The notes under the pieces were generated by a model. The model was not told where the DNA came from. It was given only the letters and a program-made list of their open reading frames with translations, and made no database searches. A stretch of 64,000 nt of DNA from a virus (lineage: Duplodnaviria > Heunggongvirae > Uroviricota > Caudoviricetes), in IMG/VR virus record IMGVR_UViG_3300037962_000518, positions 71,960-135,959 of that record; one strand, given 5' to 3'. The translations under genes were made by a program, and so were the position numbers. This document shows positions 37,638-48,009 of the stretch, piece after piece. Numbering within the stretch: the stretch's first letter is position 1; the number at the start of each line of letters is the position of its first letter.

Positions 37638-38096
37638 CTATAATTTGTAAGCAATAATTTCATGGTGACCTAAGAACGCTCGGAGAATTTCACAAACAGT
37701 TTCCCAATCACCTCCAGCACGATCACATCCCATAAGGTACGGAATTGCAATCTTCAAGTTACCAGTGTCAAAATTATCCTGTAACTCAAAATCATAATCC
37801 ACTAGTGCAAACAAACAATGAATGAGCCAATCATATTTTAAATAGCGTTTTCGGTCATATCCGTAATATTGTTGTGCAGTGAGATTTACACAATTCAGGT
37901 TATCACTAAAAGAAATGTTAGGTACATTCTTAGGTTTTTCCATGTAGTTAGTGTATGCACTAGGGATACGTTCCTTAACCTCCTTAGCTACACCACTTCC
38001 CATAACTTTTTGCGCATTCGAAATGTGTAACATAAAATGACATTCACCTTTAAGGACAGCGTCAACAACGTTACCCTCTACAATCTTAATACTCAT
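37638..38096 (-). CDS. macrodomain ADP-ribose-processing protein
   Basis: EGNVV..HISN..VMGSGVAK..AQ..YG..MGCDRAGGDW. Confidence 0.85.
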   Translation of the reverse strand: MSIKIVEGNVVDAVLKGECHFMLHISNAQKVMGSGVAKEVKERIPSAYTNYMEKPKNVPNISFSDNLNCVNLTAQQYYGYDRKRYLKYDWLIHCLFALVDYDFELQDNFDTGNLKIAIPYLMGCDRAGGDWETVCEILRAFLGHHEIIAYKL

Positions 38097-38308
38097 AAAT
38101 ATTTCTCCTCATCATATAACTTCTCAACAACAGCTTCCTTGATATAATCAATAATTGCTTGATCGAACTGGAAACTCCCGTAAAACTTACCATCTACCAC
38201 ACTACAAAAACAATCATGATAGATACTATTATTAAATTTAATAGCTCCAACAGTGGAAGCTAATTCGCATAATTGTTCAATTGTTTGTTCTTTTGTTAAG
38301 TTGGTCAT
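38093..38308 (-). CDS. hypothetical protein
   Basis: coupled ORF. Confidence 0.55.
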   Translation of the reverse strand: MTNLTKEQTIEQLCELASTVGAIKFNNSIYHDCFCSVVDGKFYGSFQFDQAIIDYIKEAVVEKLYDEEKYL

Positions 38309-38775
38309 AATGTCTCCAAATAATTAGTCTTCAAAACTTTAACATACTCTTCTACAATTTCAATGGAAATAATCGTATGGAATCCATAACCATCATTAAC
38401 ATACATTGGAAGGAACTCTGTAAGGATATCATAATCTTCTTGGAGGATTAAACCTTCTTCATAAACTTCCTCTGTTGTTAGAACTTCCTCCCCAAAATAC
38501 CCATCCGTGTAAACAAGACCTTTTAAGAGGCACTCCTCAAAACATAAAGTATGTCCAATACGATTATGACCGAATTTTAATATTTTACCTGTGAAAACTT
38601 TCTCACCATCTAAGTAATGGTAGTTGTCCTCAAGGTAGTTATCTAAAAGTTTAATCTTTTCCAAGAACAACTCCACTTGATGTTGATTATCCTTTGTTAA
38701 AAGCGTTTTACATACTTCATAATCGCCGTCATTAGTATCAACAGTGACTTTTAAATAGGTTTTAATTTCTGACAT
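38305..38775 (-). CDS. hypothetical protein
   Basis: DTNDGDY..GFHTI motif; GAGGAG RBS. Confidence 0.6.
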   Translation of the reverse strand: MSEIKTYLKVTVDTNDGDYEVCKTLLTKDNQHQVELFLEKIKLLDNYLEDNYHYLDGEKVFTGKILKFGHNRIGHTLCFEECLLKGLVYTDGYFGEEVLTTEEVYEEGLILQEDYDILTEFLPMYVNDGYGFHTIISIEIVEEYVKVLKTNYLETL

Positions 38776-38786
38776 AATATTTCTCC

Positions 38787-38942
38787 TCATTTCAATTTTT
38801 CAACAATCTTACCCAAGGTTTTAACATCTGTCAACAACTTATTCATACGATAGTACATAACCTGTTTTACATAGGCATCCTCACTACCTACATGGGTGAA
38901 TTTTCTTCTAGCTAAGATAGCTTCTAGTATGGTATCATTCAT
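38787..38942 (-). CDS. hypothetical protein (51 aa, not in ORF track)
   Basis: MNDTILEAILARRK... Confidence 0.45.
   Translation of the reverse strand: MNDTILEAILARRKFTHVGSEDAYVKQVMYYRMNKLLTDVKTLGKIVEKLK
38806..38834 (-). promoter_or_regulatory. sigma70 promoter of the NAD operon
   Basis: TTGACA-17-TAAGAT. Confidence 0.65.
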
Positions 38943-38946
38943 AGTG

Positions 38947-39360
38947 TCACTTTCCATCTAACCAAGTTAAATTATCAAAACTATTCCTTGATTTGGTGAT
39001 TACCTTTTGTAATCTAGGTTTACCTTTACCAAAACCCTTCTTAACTTTTGTAGGGATATACTTATAACGAGAACCATACATATTCACGAAGGTGTGTAGT
39101 CGCCCTATACTTCGCATACTAGTACCTCCAGCTCTAGCACTAGAGTAGGTAATCATATTCTGCCTAGAAGTTCCATGTAGAAAAGGAAAAGCTATTTCTT
39201 TTAGATTAGTACGATCCTTTCCAGTTATAGAGTTGTCTTGTAAGAGTGAGATTACCTCAGCACAATCTGCATCACCTTCGCAAATATATTGAACCTCATC
39301 TTGATAGTGTTCCATACCTAATACACGGTGAGATACTAATTTAAGTTCTTCATCAGTCAT
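38947..39360 (-). CDS. hypothetical protein
   Basis: 137 aa with RBS. Confidence 0.55.
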   Translation of the reverse strand: MTDEELKLVSHRVLGMEHYQDEVQYICEGDADCAEVISLLQDNSITGKDRTNLKEIAFPFLHGTSRQNMITYSSARAGGTSMRSIGRLHTFVNMYGSRYKYIPTKVKKGFGKGKPRLQKVITKSRNSFDNLTWLDGK

Positions 39361-39374
39361 AATTATTCTCCTAG

Positions 39375-39584
39375 TTATTTCTCTAATACCACTTCTTTAC
39401 CATTAACATAACATTTATCAGATCCATATTCACCTCCAAGAGATTTGCATTGAGCTGAACGTTCTAAGTAAGGTGTTACCTCTTTCGAAATGTTTACCAC
39501 AAGACTACGTAAACTTATTACAAAAATAGTCATAATGGTGAGAACAAGAACGGCTGTTGCGATGAGTTTAATTTTATCTTTCAT
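39375..39584 (-). CDS. small membrane-anchored protein
   Basis: N-terminal TM; C..GG....C. Confidence 0.55.
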   Translation of the reverse strand: MKDKIKLIATAVLVLTIMTIFVISLRSLVVNISKEVTPYLERSAQCKSLGGEYGSDKCYVNGKEVVLEK

Positions 39585-39686
39585 AGTGTTTCTCCTGTTT
39601 AAAAGTTAAATTTATAATCTACACCAAGTTGGTTAGTGATGTAATTTTTAACCATATCAAGGTTGATGTCAAGAGGAATTTTAATT

Positions 39687-40112
39687 TTATTTATAAACTT
39701 CCTCTGGTGGATAGCGTAAGCAATCTTTTGTCCATTTACTACCTGTTGTACGTCCATTATCCCATCCACCATTAGTACGATTATATCTACCCCCTTGACG
39801 ACCATTAGATAATTGTACCACAACTGTTTCATAACCTTTACGTTCCTCATGTACACCTACAACTTCAGCTTCCTGTCCTCCAATAGTGAAGTAAGTTTTA
39901 CCTAGTTTATAACGTTCGTTGGTATCAAGAGTAACAACTTTTCCGCCAACAATTTTAGACACCAAAATAGCGGACAGTTCACATGAGAATTGTTGTGCCA
40001 TAGAACGATCAAATTGACTATATTTATGATCGCTTAAGAAATTACCATATAATTCAGCGTCAGGTTTGGTAAGATGTGTTTGGTCATCGAATTTAATAAT
40101 ATATTTAGTCAT
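39687..40112 (-). CDS. hypothetical protein
   Basis: 141 aa with AGGAG RBS. Confidence 0.6.
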   Translation of the reverse strand: MTKYIIKFDDQTHLTKPDAELYGNFLSDHKYSQFDRSMAQQFSCELSAILVSKIVGGKVVTLDTNERYKLGKTYFTIGGQEAEVVGVHEERKGYETVVVQLSNGRQGGRYNRTNGGWDNGRTTGSKWTKDCLRYPPEEVYK

Positions 40113-40159
40113 AAGTTTCTCCTGTTAAATTTAAAGTATGTTTGTTTTCAACAAGAGTG

Positions 40160-40187
40160 ATATTAGCAGAAGGAGATAACTTGTCAA
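40160..40187 (-). promoter_or_regulatory. sigma70 promoter
   Basis: TTGACA-16-TAATAT with TGn; TAATATCACTC shared with the 34277 promoter. Confidence 0.6.
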
Positions 40188-40247
40188 GAGGGGGATAGGG
40201 AATATAATTGATTATTTTTGGGAGAAGGTATTTTGGGAGAAGGGAGT

Positions 40248-40291
40248 AAGTCTACAAAAGTGACTCTTATTTGTGTCATATTTGTAGACTT
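40248..40291 (-). terminator. long imperfect hairpin after HEG
   Basis: AAGTCTACAAA..TGAC..GTCA..TTTGTAGACTT. Confidence 0.45.
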
Positions 40292-40297
40292 GCGGGG

Positions 40298-41518
40298 TTA
40301 GGTGGTGTGGGGTTGTAGGTTGAATGTTGATATGATTTCTAATAGTTTACCTAAGCTATCTTCGGTATACACTATAGTTTCGGTAAATCCCTCAGGTAAT
40401 AAGGATGCAGGACAACTGGGGTGTTCGGAGAAATATTTCTTGATAGACTTCTCACATTCCGAAATTTCATTCCCGTCCTCAGAATGAAATTCATACAATA
40501 TTTTAAAATCAGGGTCTTCTTTGGAACCTCTCTTATGCCTTATACATCTAGACCTAGTATCTATATTGGTAATTCCATATTTAATATAGGAGCAGTTTTT
40601 GAATTCCCATAAGACTACATATAATGTACCAGATTCAGTGTTTTTGAATCCACCTGTGAAACAGGTACTACATCTCTGACCGTTTAAGATCTTGTTTATA
40701 GAGGTTTTATTGATATGATTACACTTACCGCTTACCCAAGCTATAGGGGTTTTACTTCCATTATACTTACCCTCTACACCAATGTAAGTATCACCTCTTT
40801 CTGTCAGTAATTTCTCAACTCTGTACAGCATTTCTTCCTTCCCCCATTTATAGCCTTTTGAGCAACGACAGGGTAAGCTACCATTTAACAGAGAAGATCC
40901 TGACGTAACGAATGCACTTTTGCTACCACAATTAGAGACATATTCATCATCTTTACATAAAGGACACTCGAATAGCCATCTTCCCCTTCCTTTTCCTACA
41001 GACAACCTTTTAAAGGTGCATCCCTTAATGAAATTTCCAGAATCAACAAACCTTTCGACCATAAGCGCTTCATCATGTGTTCTACCAATACTTCTTAATT
41101 TAACGCTTTCTGCTGGGTCACCTTTACCACGGTTAACCAAGTTGTTGGCAGATTTCTCCCAGATATTTCCTGATGAAGGGTTCTTCAAAACCAGTAGAGT
41201 ATCTTTTCCTGTCCAAGTATTCCCAACAAACCCTAAAAACTGGTAACCTAGTTTATCGCAAGACCTGTTTATCCTAACAATCCACTGTTATTCGCTCCAT
41301 CTAGTATTCCCTGAACAACCGCACGGGAATTGCCCTTTACTAAGACGTCCTTTAGTAGAGATGATACTACCATAAGGCCAAAGTTCCTCATCTTGGGAGC
41401 AAACATTACATGTTAAAATGTAGCTTTTTATATAATTCACCTTGTGACTTATTTCCTTAACCTCTAACACACCTTTTCCAGTACATAACCTACTACCTAT
41501 AAAATTATCGGCTACCAT
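40298..41518 (-). pseudogene. CapR-repeat + T5orf172/GIY-YIG homing endonuclease with internal stop
   Basis: 41288-41518 and 40298-41188 are in one frame separated by TAA 41288-90; two CxxC..D.E..G..PC.CS repeats; LYVV..IKYGIT. Confidence 0.75.
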
Positions 41519-41681
41519 AATCCAACTCCCACATCTTATATAAAGCCTTTGCTTTCGCAAATAGCATCCATTGGTCAATATTTTTCTTATGCAAGTGTTT
41601 GTTCATATTCCTAGTCACCGTTTGAATTTTCACTTCACCAGATTTGAGCTTTTCAAAAACCTCTTCTGAAGTCTTATACAT
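41505..41681 (-). CDS. hypothetical protein (58 aa, not in ORF track)
   Basis: GAGG RBS; MYKTSEEVFEKL... Confidence 0.5.
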   Translation of the reverse strand: MYKTSEEVFEKLKSGEVKIQTVTRNMNKHLHKKNIDQWMLFAKAKALYKMWELDYGSR

Positions 41682-41702
41682 ATCTATTTACCTCATAGTT
41701 AT

Positions 41703-41737
41703 ATTATAACATAGTGAAAGGGCTTTTATCAAGCCCT
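41703..41737 (-). promoter_or_regulatory. terminator hairpin overlapping promoter
   Basis: AGGGCTT-GATAA-AAGCCCT; TTGATA-18-TATAAT. Confidence 0.55.
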
Positions 41738-41744
41738 AATAATA

Positions 41745-44559
41745 TTAATGTGTCTGTAAGTAATTACCTTTATTACCTAAATCTGACACCTTGTAACCAC
41801 CATCTAAATTAAAGGCGAACAAAACACCTCCTTCAATATTAGGGAATTTATCTGGATTATCCTTATACCACTCGTAACATTTATTGCTTGCATACTCATA
41901 TGCTTCACACATCAATTTACCAGCAGCTTCTGCATCTTCGTCAGAAGCTTCTACGAGAAACTCATCCAAAAACTTATCAGGGCGTAAACCTGCTACTATT
42001 TCTAGTAGAATCGGATCATATCATAACCTACGTAAATACGTTTAGGTTTCCCGCTTTTCGAATACACTTGTACCCTACGAACAACTACGTTCTGACCTCT
42101 GCACACCTACTAATAGTAAATGCTCAGGATTACCTTCTACTAACTAAGTAACACCTGTTATCCCAACAGTAATTATAAGTCTAGCTAAGGTTTCCCTGAA
42201 TTAACGGGATTCTTCGAGTCACTTTTCAGCAACAAGCCACAATGTTTTTATGGTAGTCTAATACTTTAAAGGCATCTAAACCTCTTTTAACCACTTCCTT
42301 ATTAAAATAATTTACAGCAACTTTTTGACAAGCAGCTTCAGCCCCTTGAGCTAAAAAATTACAAATTTTATGGGTTGAGTCACACCAAGCCCAGTAACCA
42401 AAAGGTAGGGGTAAGTAAAAACCTTTCCCCCTTTTAAAAGAGTCTTTATATTTTTCACCCCAATCTATTATTCCCTGTAAACCCATTCTGGATAAGAACA
42501 TGTTCTTTTTCGCATTACCTTCGGATTCAGGTATACCTAACATACCTGCTAATTTTTTACCAGAACATCCGAAACATACTCCGAAAGAGGCACCCTTACT
42601 CTTTTTCCTACGTAAACTTATACTATGTATAAGCTCAGGGTCTTGTGTCTTTACAGCTCTCTCAAATTCCTCAGTACTAACCATACCAAAATTCCTAGCA
42701 GAGTGGCAATGGGCACTCATACCAACGTAGAATTCATTACCATCTTCATCCTTGTCTAATTCTAAACCTGATGCAACAGCTTCATAATATTCAGCATTCC
42801 TTGCATAGAATGAGAGTATTGCGAGCTGAGCACTAGCCATGTCCGCACCTACTAGCCTTCGGCCTTCTGGAGCTATCAGGATCTTACGTATTTCCTCCCC
42901 GTACATACTCCCCTCACCTGCGGCATTCACCCAGACCCTGTGTGACCCACGACCACTACTAGTTGAAAAATTGTTTATACCACAAGGTAGTCTACCATCT
43001 TCCCTTATGTAAGCCATCAAGCCCTTATCTTCATCAGTAGGGTTAGATATGAAACGTCTCCTATGCACCGTAGTATTATACTCACCAACACGTTTAGCGT
43101 TTTCATCTGTAAGTTGATCATAATCCTTTTCAGAGACTTTAGGGCTACTTACTAATAAATCTCCTTTCTTAACTTTGTAATGTAACTGATTTTCTTTTGA
43201 AGCTTTAGGAGGGTAACTTATAACAGTATCTTCCTCTGCTTTTAAGAAGCCTCCTTCTGAATCCTTTTTAAAATTCCATTCAGAAACTTCTTTAAGACCT
43301 TTCTTTATTAAGTAACCTTTAACAACTTCATGCTGTGTCAGTTTACTTGCAACAAATTTAATCTTAGTATGAGCGCCTACAATAATATCAGTGTCTTCTG
43401 GTTCAACTTCAAAATAATCACAAGTATTTTTATTTAGTAGTTTTGTTTCTTCAATGTCCTTGGTTACTTCCCACTCTTTAACAAAAGCTGCTAAGTCTTT
43501 CTGCTTCGCATTATCCCCTTCTGGATGTTGACTTTTAATCCATTTAATTAAGTCATTCTTCTTAACGAACTTAGGGCTAAATCCGTGAGAAATATTAAAT
43601 GCAGAATACTGATTTACTTTCTTCGTAGTATGAAAATTCATGGTAGGTTTATAGTAAGGTTTAACAGGAACTTCTACCATTTCTCCATCACGTTTAACCA
43701 TTTCAATTTGGTCTTTCATACCAGAAGTATCATATCCAAACAACGCAGCCATCTCAACACGACTAATCTTTCCTCCGGACACTTTTATTGTAGGAGGTAA
43801 TATAGGTTCTATAAAATCTTGTATTTCTTTAGCTTTACTGTCCCACTCAGTAATACACTTAATCATATGATCCTTATCTGCTAGCACACCTACCTGCTCT
43901 TGCTCATGACAATTTTTAGTATACTCAACCTCCATTTTGTAAGCCTCAGTCATATCAATACCTAACCTATCTTTCAACATGTCTCTTTCTTTTTTGAGAT
44001 AATTATGTGCAAACTTTTGGGTCTTAGTGTCGATAATACAACGATGTAGCATAAAAGCATTCATAACACTGAAATCTTCTATATCAGGTTTCTTATTACC
44101 TTCCATTAAAGAGTAGTTAAGTAAACCGTGTGGAGATTTAGATCCTTTTCGTTGAGGTCTGTCAAACCATTGTATTTTACTTTGTATAAAAGTGTCTATC
44201 CAAACATCATCATCTATCTTACATTTAGGCCATATTTTCTCAACCAAAGGTTTATCATATGTGAAGCAGTTGTGTACAGATAATTTACTTCCGTTCTTAC
44301 CAGCTAAATACCAAAACCTGACACCATCAAGTAGAGTACCTGTTCTAGGTGGTATAGTGTAAGTTTTCCCTTGATCAAACACTTCTTTATTATCATATTC
44401 TGGGTAATCGTGGAAGATAAAAACTTCATCAGTCTCATCATCTCTGCTAACCAAACACCACACATCTTTATCTGATTTAACAACATCAAGATATCCTCTT
44501 GCCTCTATGTCTGCGTGTAATATACGATTTGTGTACTTACTTTTATCAATATTAAACAT
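41745..44559 (-). CDS. family A DNA polymerase, spliced (exons 44559-42250 + 41966-41745; 843 aa)
   Basis: 3'-5' exo ADIEARG; SGRGSH; motif A DMASAQL; motif B RKKSKGASFG; motif C YH-DE restored by splicing. Confidence 0.92.
41967..42249 (-). ncRNA. ORF-less group I intron in DNA polymerase motif C
   Basis: P AAUUCAGGGAAA, Q AAUCCUGAGC, P7 GGUCA/UGAUC, P3 UCCCGU/GCGGGA, P9 CUACUA-GAAA-UAGUAG; P1 CCAU/GUGG; P10 GAUG/CAUU. Confidence 0.9.
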
Positions 44560-45304
44560 AATCTTTCACCTCATAAGAAATTAAAGCTTTGAAAAGATTT
44601 TCTGGAATACTACAATCTTTATAGTATTTTTCAGCTAAACATTTTATCCTATCTTCCTTCCAATTTTTGTATACCTTGAAAGCTTCTTCTGGTGTAGAAA
44701 AACCTCCTAGACATTGTTTGTCTGAAGTATAACTATAGTATTTCCCACTATATTCCACTACGCTTGTGGGTAAATTCCTTTTCTTAAGGGTTTTATTATA
44801 TTTTATTAAATTGTTTAAAGTTTTTGGGACAAATACACATGTTTCAGGTGAATACATTTTATTATTATACACTAAAAGGTCTTTGTCTAATTCGAAACCT
44901 TCTTTATAATTTTCTTCAAACCAAACTTTAAAATTATCTAGATAACACCAATCAGGTGTTACACTACAATCTTTATACGAAGGGTATTTTTTATGAAATG
45001 TTTCACTATAGCAACGTTCTAGCATACCGCTCCATAAGTTGTAAAGTTTGGTAGTAACACCATTAACCGTGGTTACATTATCCCCTACTACCCCTTTACC
45101 AAAAACTGTAGGTGCATATTTATCTCTGCATCTGCCATTTTTAATATGATCTGCTCTAAACCAAGATAGTGTCCCTGTATTAATAAATTTCACTAATACA
45201 TTCTTATAATCTTTATACTCTACTACTTCTACTTCACCGAATTGATTAGTAGGGAATCTTTTACCTACACAATCTTTCATTTTTTCTTTTAACCAATCTG
45301 GCAT
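44552..45304 (-). mobile_element. free-standing HNH-type homing endonuclease
   Basis: YNLWSGMLERCY..YKDCSV..W..NFK.WF..LDKD..YSPETC. Confidence 0.8.
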
Positions 45305-45350
45305 TATTTCTCCTATAAATTAATCATGGTTTACATAAATAAGATGCTAC

Positions 45351-47393
45351 TTAAAAAATAGTACCATCTTCTACTTCAATAGACCAATCTTCTACAGGTT
45401 GATCTTGTTTTCTATTAGGTTTTGAAGGTTTGTATTTAGATATATTATCAGCGACACCATCCCAACCTCTTCCTCCTTCTTCCCAATAAGCTCTATCAAA
45501 ACTACTTATAGATAGATCATAACCTTGAGGAAGTTTATCTGGATACATTTCAAAGAATTTATTCCTGTCATAAGATTTTCTTGTTTCTGGATCATATAAC
45601 CAAGGGACAGTATCTCCCGTCTTACCTTGTCGCATTTTAGCAACAGTAACATAAGTGGTATTCTTTTCAATCCAATCATCATCAGGTGCTTCTTTATTCC
45701 TATTTATAATAATATTACCTGCAGCCTTTTGCACAAAAATTGAACTTCCGTAGGCATCATACTCTGTAGCCTTAATAGGAACTCCATTAGTAGAAGATGC
45801 AAGTTTTCTTGTATGAAGAACATTGATAATAGTTACACCACTTTTAACAAAATTACTTTGCCAGTTTAGGTGTTTTGCTTGTTCTTCATTGTTAGTTACA
45901 CGAAGCAAATCAGTAAGAACATCTATCACTATTAATGTGACACCATATTTGTTACGTAAAGTTTCACACAACTTTTCCAAAGATGCTACAGTTCCTTTCC
46001 TGTCATCTACTACATAGAACCTACTTTCGCCGTACTCATCTATAAAAAGTTCTTGTGCCTTTTCGGATACTTCAGGAGAATCTAAATATTCTATTACATT
46101 ATCTGCTTCTTCCCAATACAAGTTTTTCTCTAAATGTAAAGATAGTATATCAACACCATATTCACCTTTTGTTGCTTCTAAAGAAATAACAGCACATTTT
46201 TCTGTAGGTAGAAATGCGAAGTGGTGTACCATAGCATTAACGTGTGTACTTTTCCCACAAGATGTAATACCGATCAGGTTGTACAAGCGATTTTTTATCA
46301 AACCTGAACCTTTAGTCATGGTTTGTAAACCTTCCATGTAATCAGGTAATGGTATTCTATCAAGTTTAAGGGCTTCTTTAATGTAAGGCATTAACCCACT
46401 GGAAGCAAAAATCCCACTATCCTCATAATCTTTTGCAGCAAAGAAATCAGATATAAATTGCTTAGAATAATCTTTACCTTCTGGATTATGAATATAACTA
46501 TTGGGATCTTTTCTAGACCATTTAATTATCTTCAATTTATCTTTAGGTAGTATAGCACAAATATCTTCCATAGCAGAAATACCTGCTTCATCATTATCTA
46601 AACCTATATAAATATTCTCAGCAGAACATATAAAATCATAATTATTTCTTATCTGATTAACTACACTTCCTTCTCCTGTAGTACCAGAGACAACAGGCAT
46701 ATAATCATATTCATCTGTTTCTATACCTTTCCTTTTAGACTTATTTCTTTGGTTTTCTACCCACATTTGGTATGCAGATACTTTATCGACCTCTCCACCT
46801 GTTAATAATATGTCTCGGAAATTCTTATCTTTAAACTTTACTTGTCCACTAAGATCAGATTTAATACCAGTTAAACCTTTATTATCATAACCAAAGTTTT
46901 TAGGGAAGTGTCTACTCTTATAACCTGTAAGCTTACCATCTCTAGTCTCAGGATACCACTCTGCTACAGGTTTTCCATTAACTACCTTTATGGCATGACC
47001 AAAAAACTTTCTGAATTCATCTTTGATGCCACGATAACCTAACCCTTCATAGCCATAAGATAAGATTTCTTTTACCTCATCTTTAGTTATTACTTGTTTT
47101 TTATCTTTCCTTTCAAAAACTTTCTTTTCAACTACAGAACCTTCTGAGGATAAACCTAACTCACTTGCCAAGCTACTCTTTGCAAGATTATCAACGTTGA
47201 AACTTTGATTACAACTAAAACAATATCCAGAATAACCTACACTGCCATCTTCTTTGTCATATTCATAAATAGCATGTCCATCACTACTATTACAATCTTC
47301 ATAATCTTCTCCATCAGGGCGCTTGATACCTAGTTTCTTCATCTCAGAAGCTACACAATACTCATGCTTTATGAAAAAACTTTCTTCAACCAT
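45351..47393 (-). CDS. T7 gp4-like primase-helicase
   Basis: Zn-finger YCFSC, TOPRIM GGEVD/LDNDEAG, Walker GITSCGKST, IVIDVL, KMRQGKTG. Confidence 0.92.
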   Translation of the reverse strand: MVEESFFIKHEYCVASEMKKLGIKRPDGEDYEDCNSSDGHAIYEYDKEDGSVGYSGYCFSCNQSFNVDNLAKSSLASELGLSSEGSVVEKKVFERKDKKQVITKDEVKEILSYGYEGLGYRGIKDEFRKFFGHAIKVVNGKPVAEWYPETRDGKLTGYKSRHFPKNFGYDNKGLTGIKSDLSGQVKFKDKNFRDILLTGGEVDKVSAYQMWVENQRNKSKRKGIETDEYDYMPVVSGTTGEGSVVNQIRNNYDFICSAENIYIGLDNDEAGISAMEDICAILPKDKLKIIKWSRKDPNSYIHNPEGKDYSKQFISDFFAAKDYEDSGIFASSGLMPYIKEALKLDRIPLPDYMEGLQTMTKGSGLIKNRLYNLIGITSCGKSTHVNAMVHHFAFLPTEKCAVISLEATKGEYGVDILSLHLEKNLYWEEADNVIEYLDSPEVSEKAQELFIDEYGESRFYVVDDRKGTVASLEKLCETLRNKYGVTLIVIDVLTDLLRVTNNEEQAKHLNWQSNFVKSGVTIINVLHTRKLASSTNGVPIKATEYDAYGSSIFVQKAAGNIIINRNKEAPDDDWIEKNTTYVTVAKMRQGKTGDTVPWLYDPETRKSYDRNKFFEMYPDKLPQGYDLSISSFDRAYWEEGGRGWDGVADNISKYKPSKPNRKQDQPVEDWSIEVEDGTIF

Positions 47394-47403
47394 TAATACT
47401 CTC

Positions 47404-47694
47404 CTATAACATATTTAAATCTTTTAAATATTCCTCTGCTTCATGTAATAACTCTTTTTGTCTAAGAAAACGTTCTCTTATATTATCATATCTAATATGA
47501 GTATAATTATTTTCTAATTCATCTAAAGTTAATCTAACTATATTGCCGAAATCTGTAAGAATTACATACTGATGTTCTCCTAAAATATGAGAATATTCTT
47601 CAGAATTTTTCTTTATCTCTACTATAATACCATATCCAGTAAGATTTGTATGTGAATAGACACAACTACCAACTTTAACATCACTCAAAACCAC
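47404..47694 (-). CDS. hypothetical protein
   Basis: ORF in early cluster. Confidence 0.55.
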   Translation of the reverse strand: MVLSDVKVGSCVYSHTNLTGYGIIVEIKKNSEEYSHILGEHQYVILTDFGNIVRLTLDELENNYTHIRYDNIRERFLRQKELLHEAEEYLKDLNML

Positions 47695-47706
47695 CTCCCA
47701 CTAAAA

Positions 47707-48009
47707 TCATTCCACCTCCTCCAAAACAATATCCAATCTTTCGCACAAAGTCATTAACTCTTGCAAAGTTAATCCCTCATATAAATAATAGGCATCTCCA
47801 TCTAGACGATCAACACTCACTCCATACTCTTTAGCTTTGTGTGCAACTATCACATCAACGTATAAATTCCACAAACTTGTTGCACTACCATTTTGTTCCC
47901 AACCAACTGCATTATAACATTCAAACTCTAACCCACTGCAACAAGCACAATCCTCACTTCCATCGAACCATGAATCATCTGTGTATTTGTAAACTGTTTT
48001 ACTCATCAA
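47707..48009 (-). CDS. hypothetical protein (CACC motif)
   Basis: DCACCSG..CYN. Confidence 0.55.
   Translation of the reverse strand: MMSKTVYKYTDDSWFDGSEDCACCSGLEFECYNAVGWEQNGSATSLWNLYVDVIVAHKAKEYGVSVDRLDGDAYYLYEGLTLQELMTLCERLDIVLEEVE

Noticed and set aside
41288-41290. Stop-codon reassignment (TAA read-through)
   Set aside because: TAA terminates most genes in the window; this is a single event in a mobile gene.
41745-41969. Independent 74-aa gene
   Set aside because: The TTG uses the intron's terminal G; it is polymerase exon 2 (DEFLVE of motif C).
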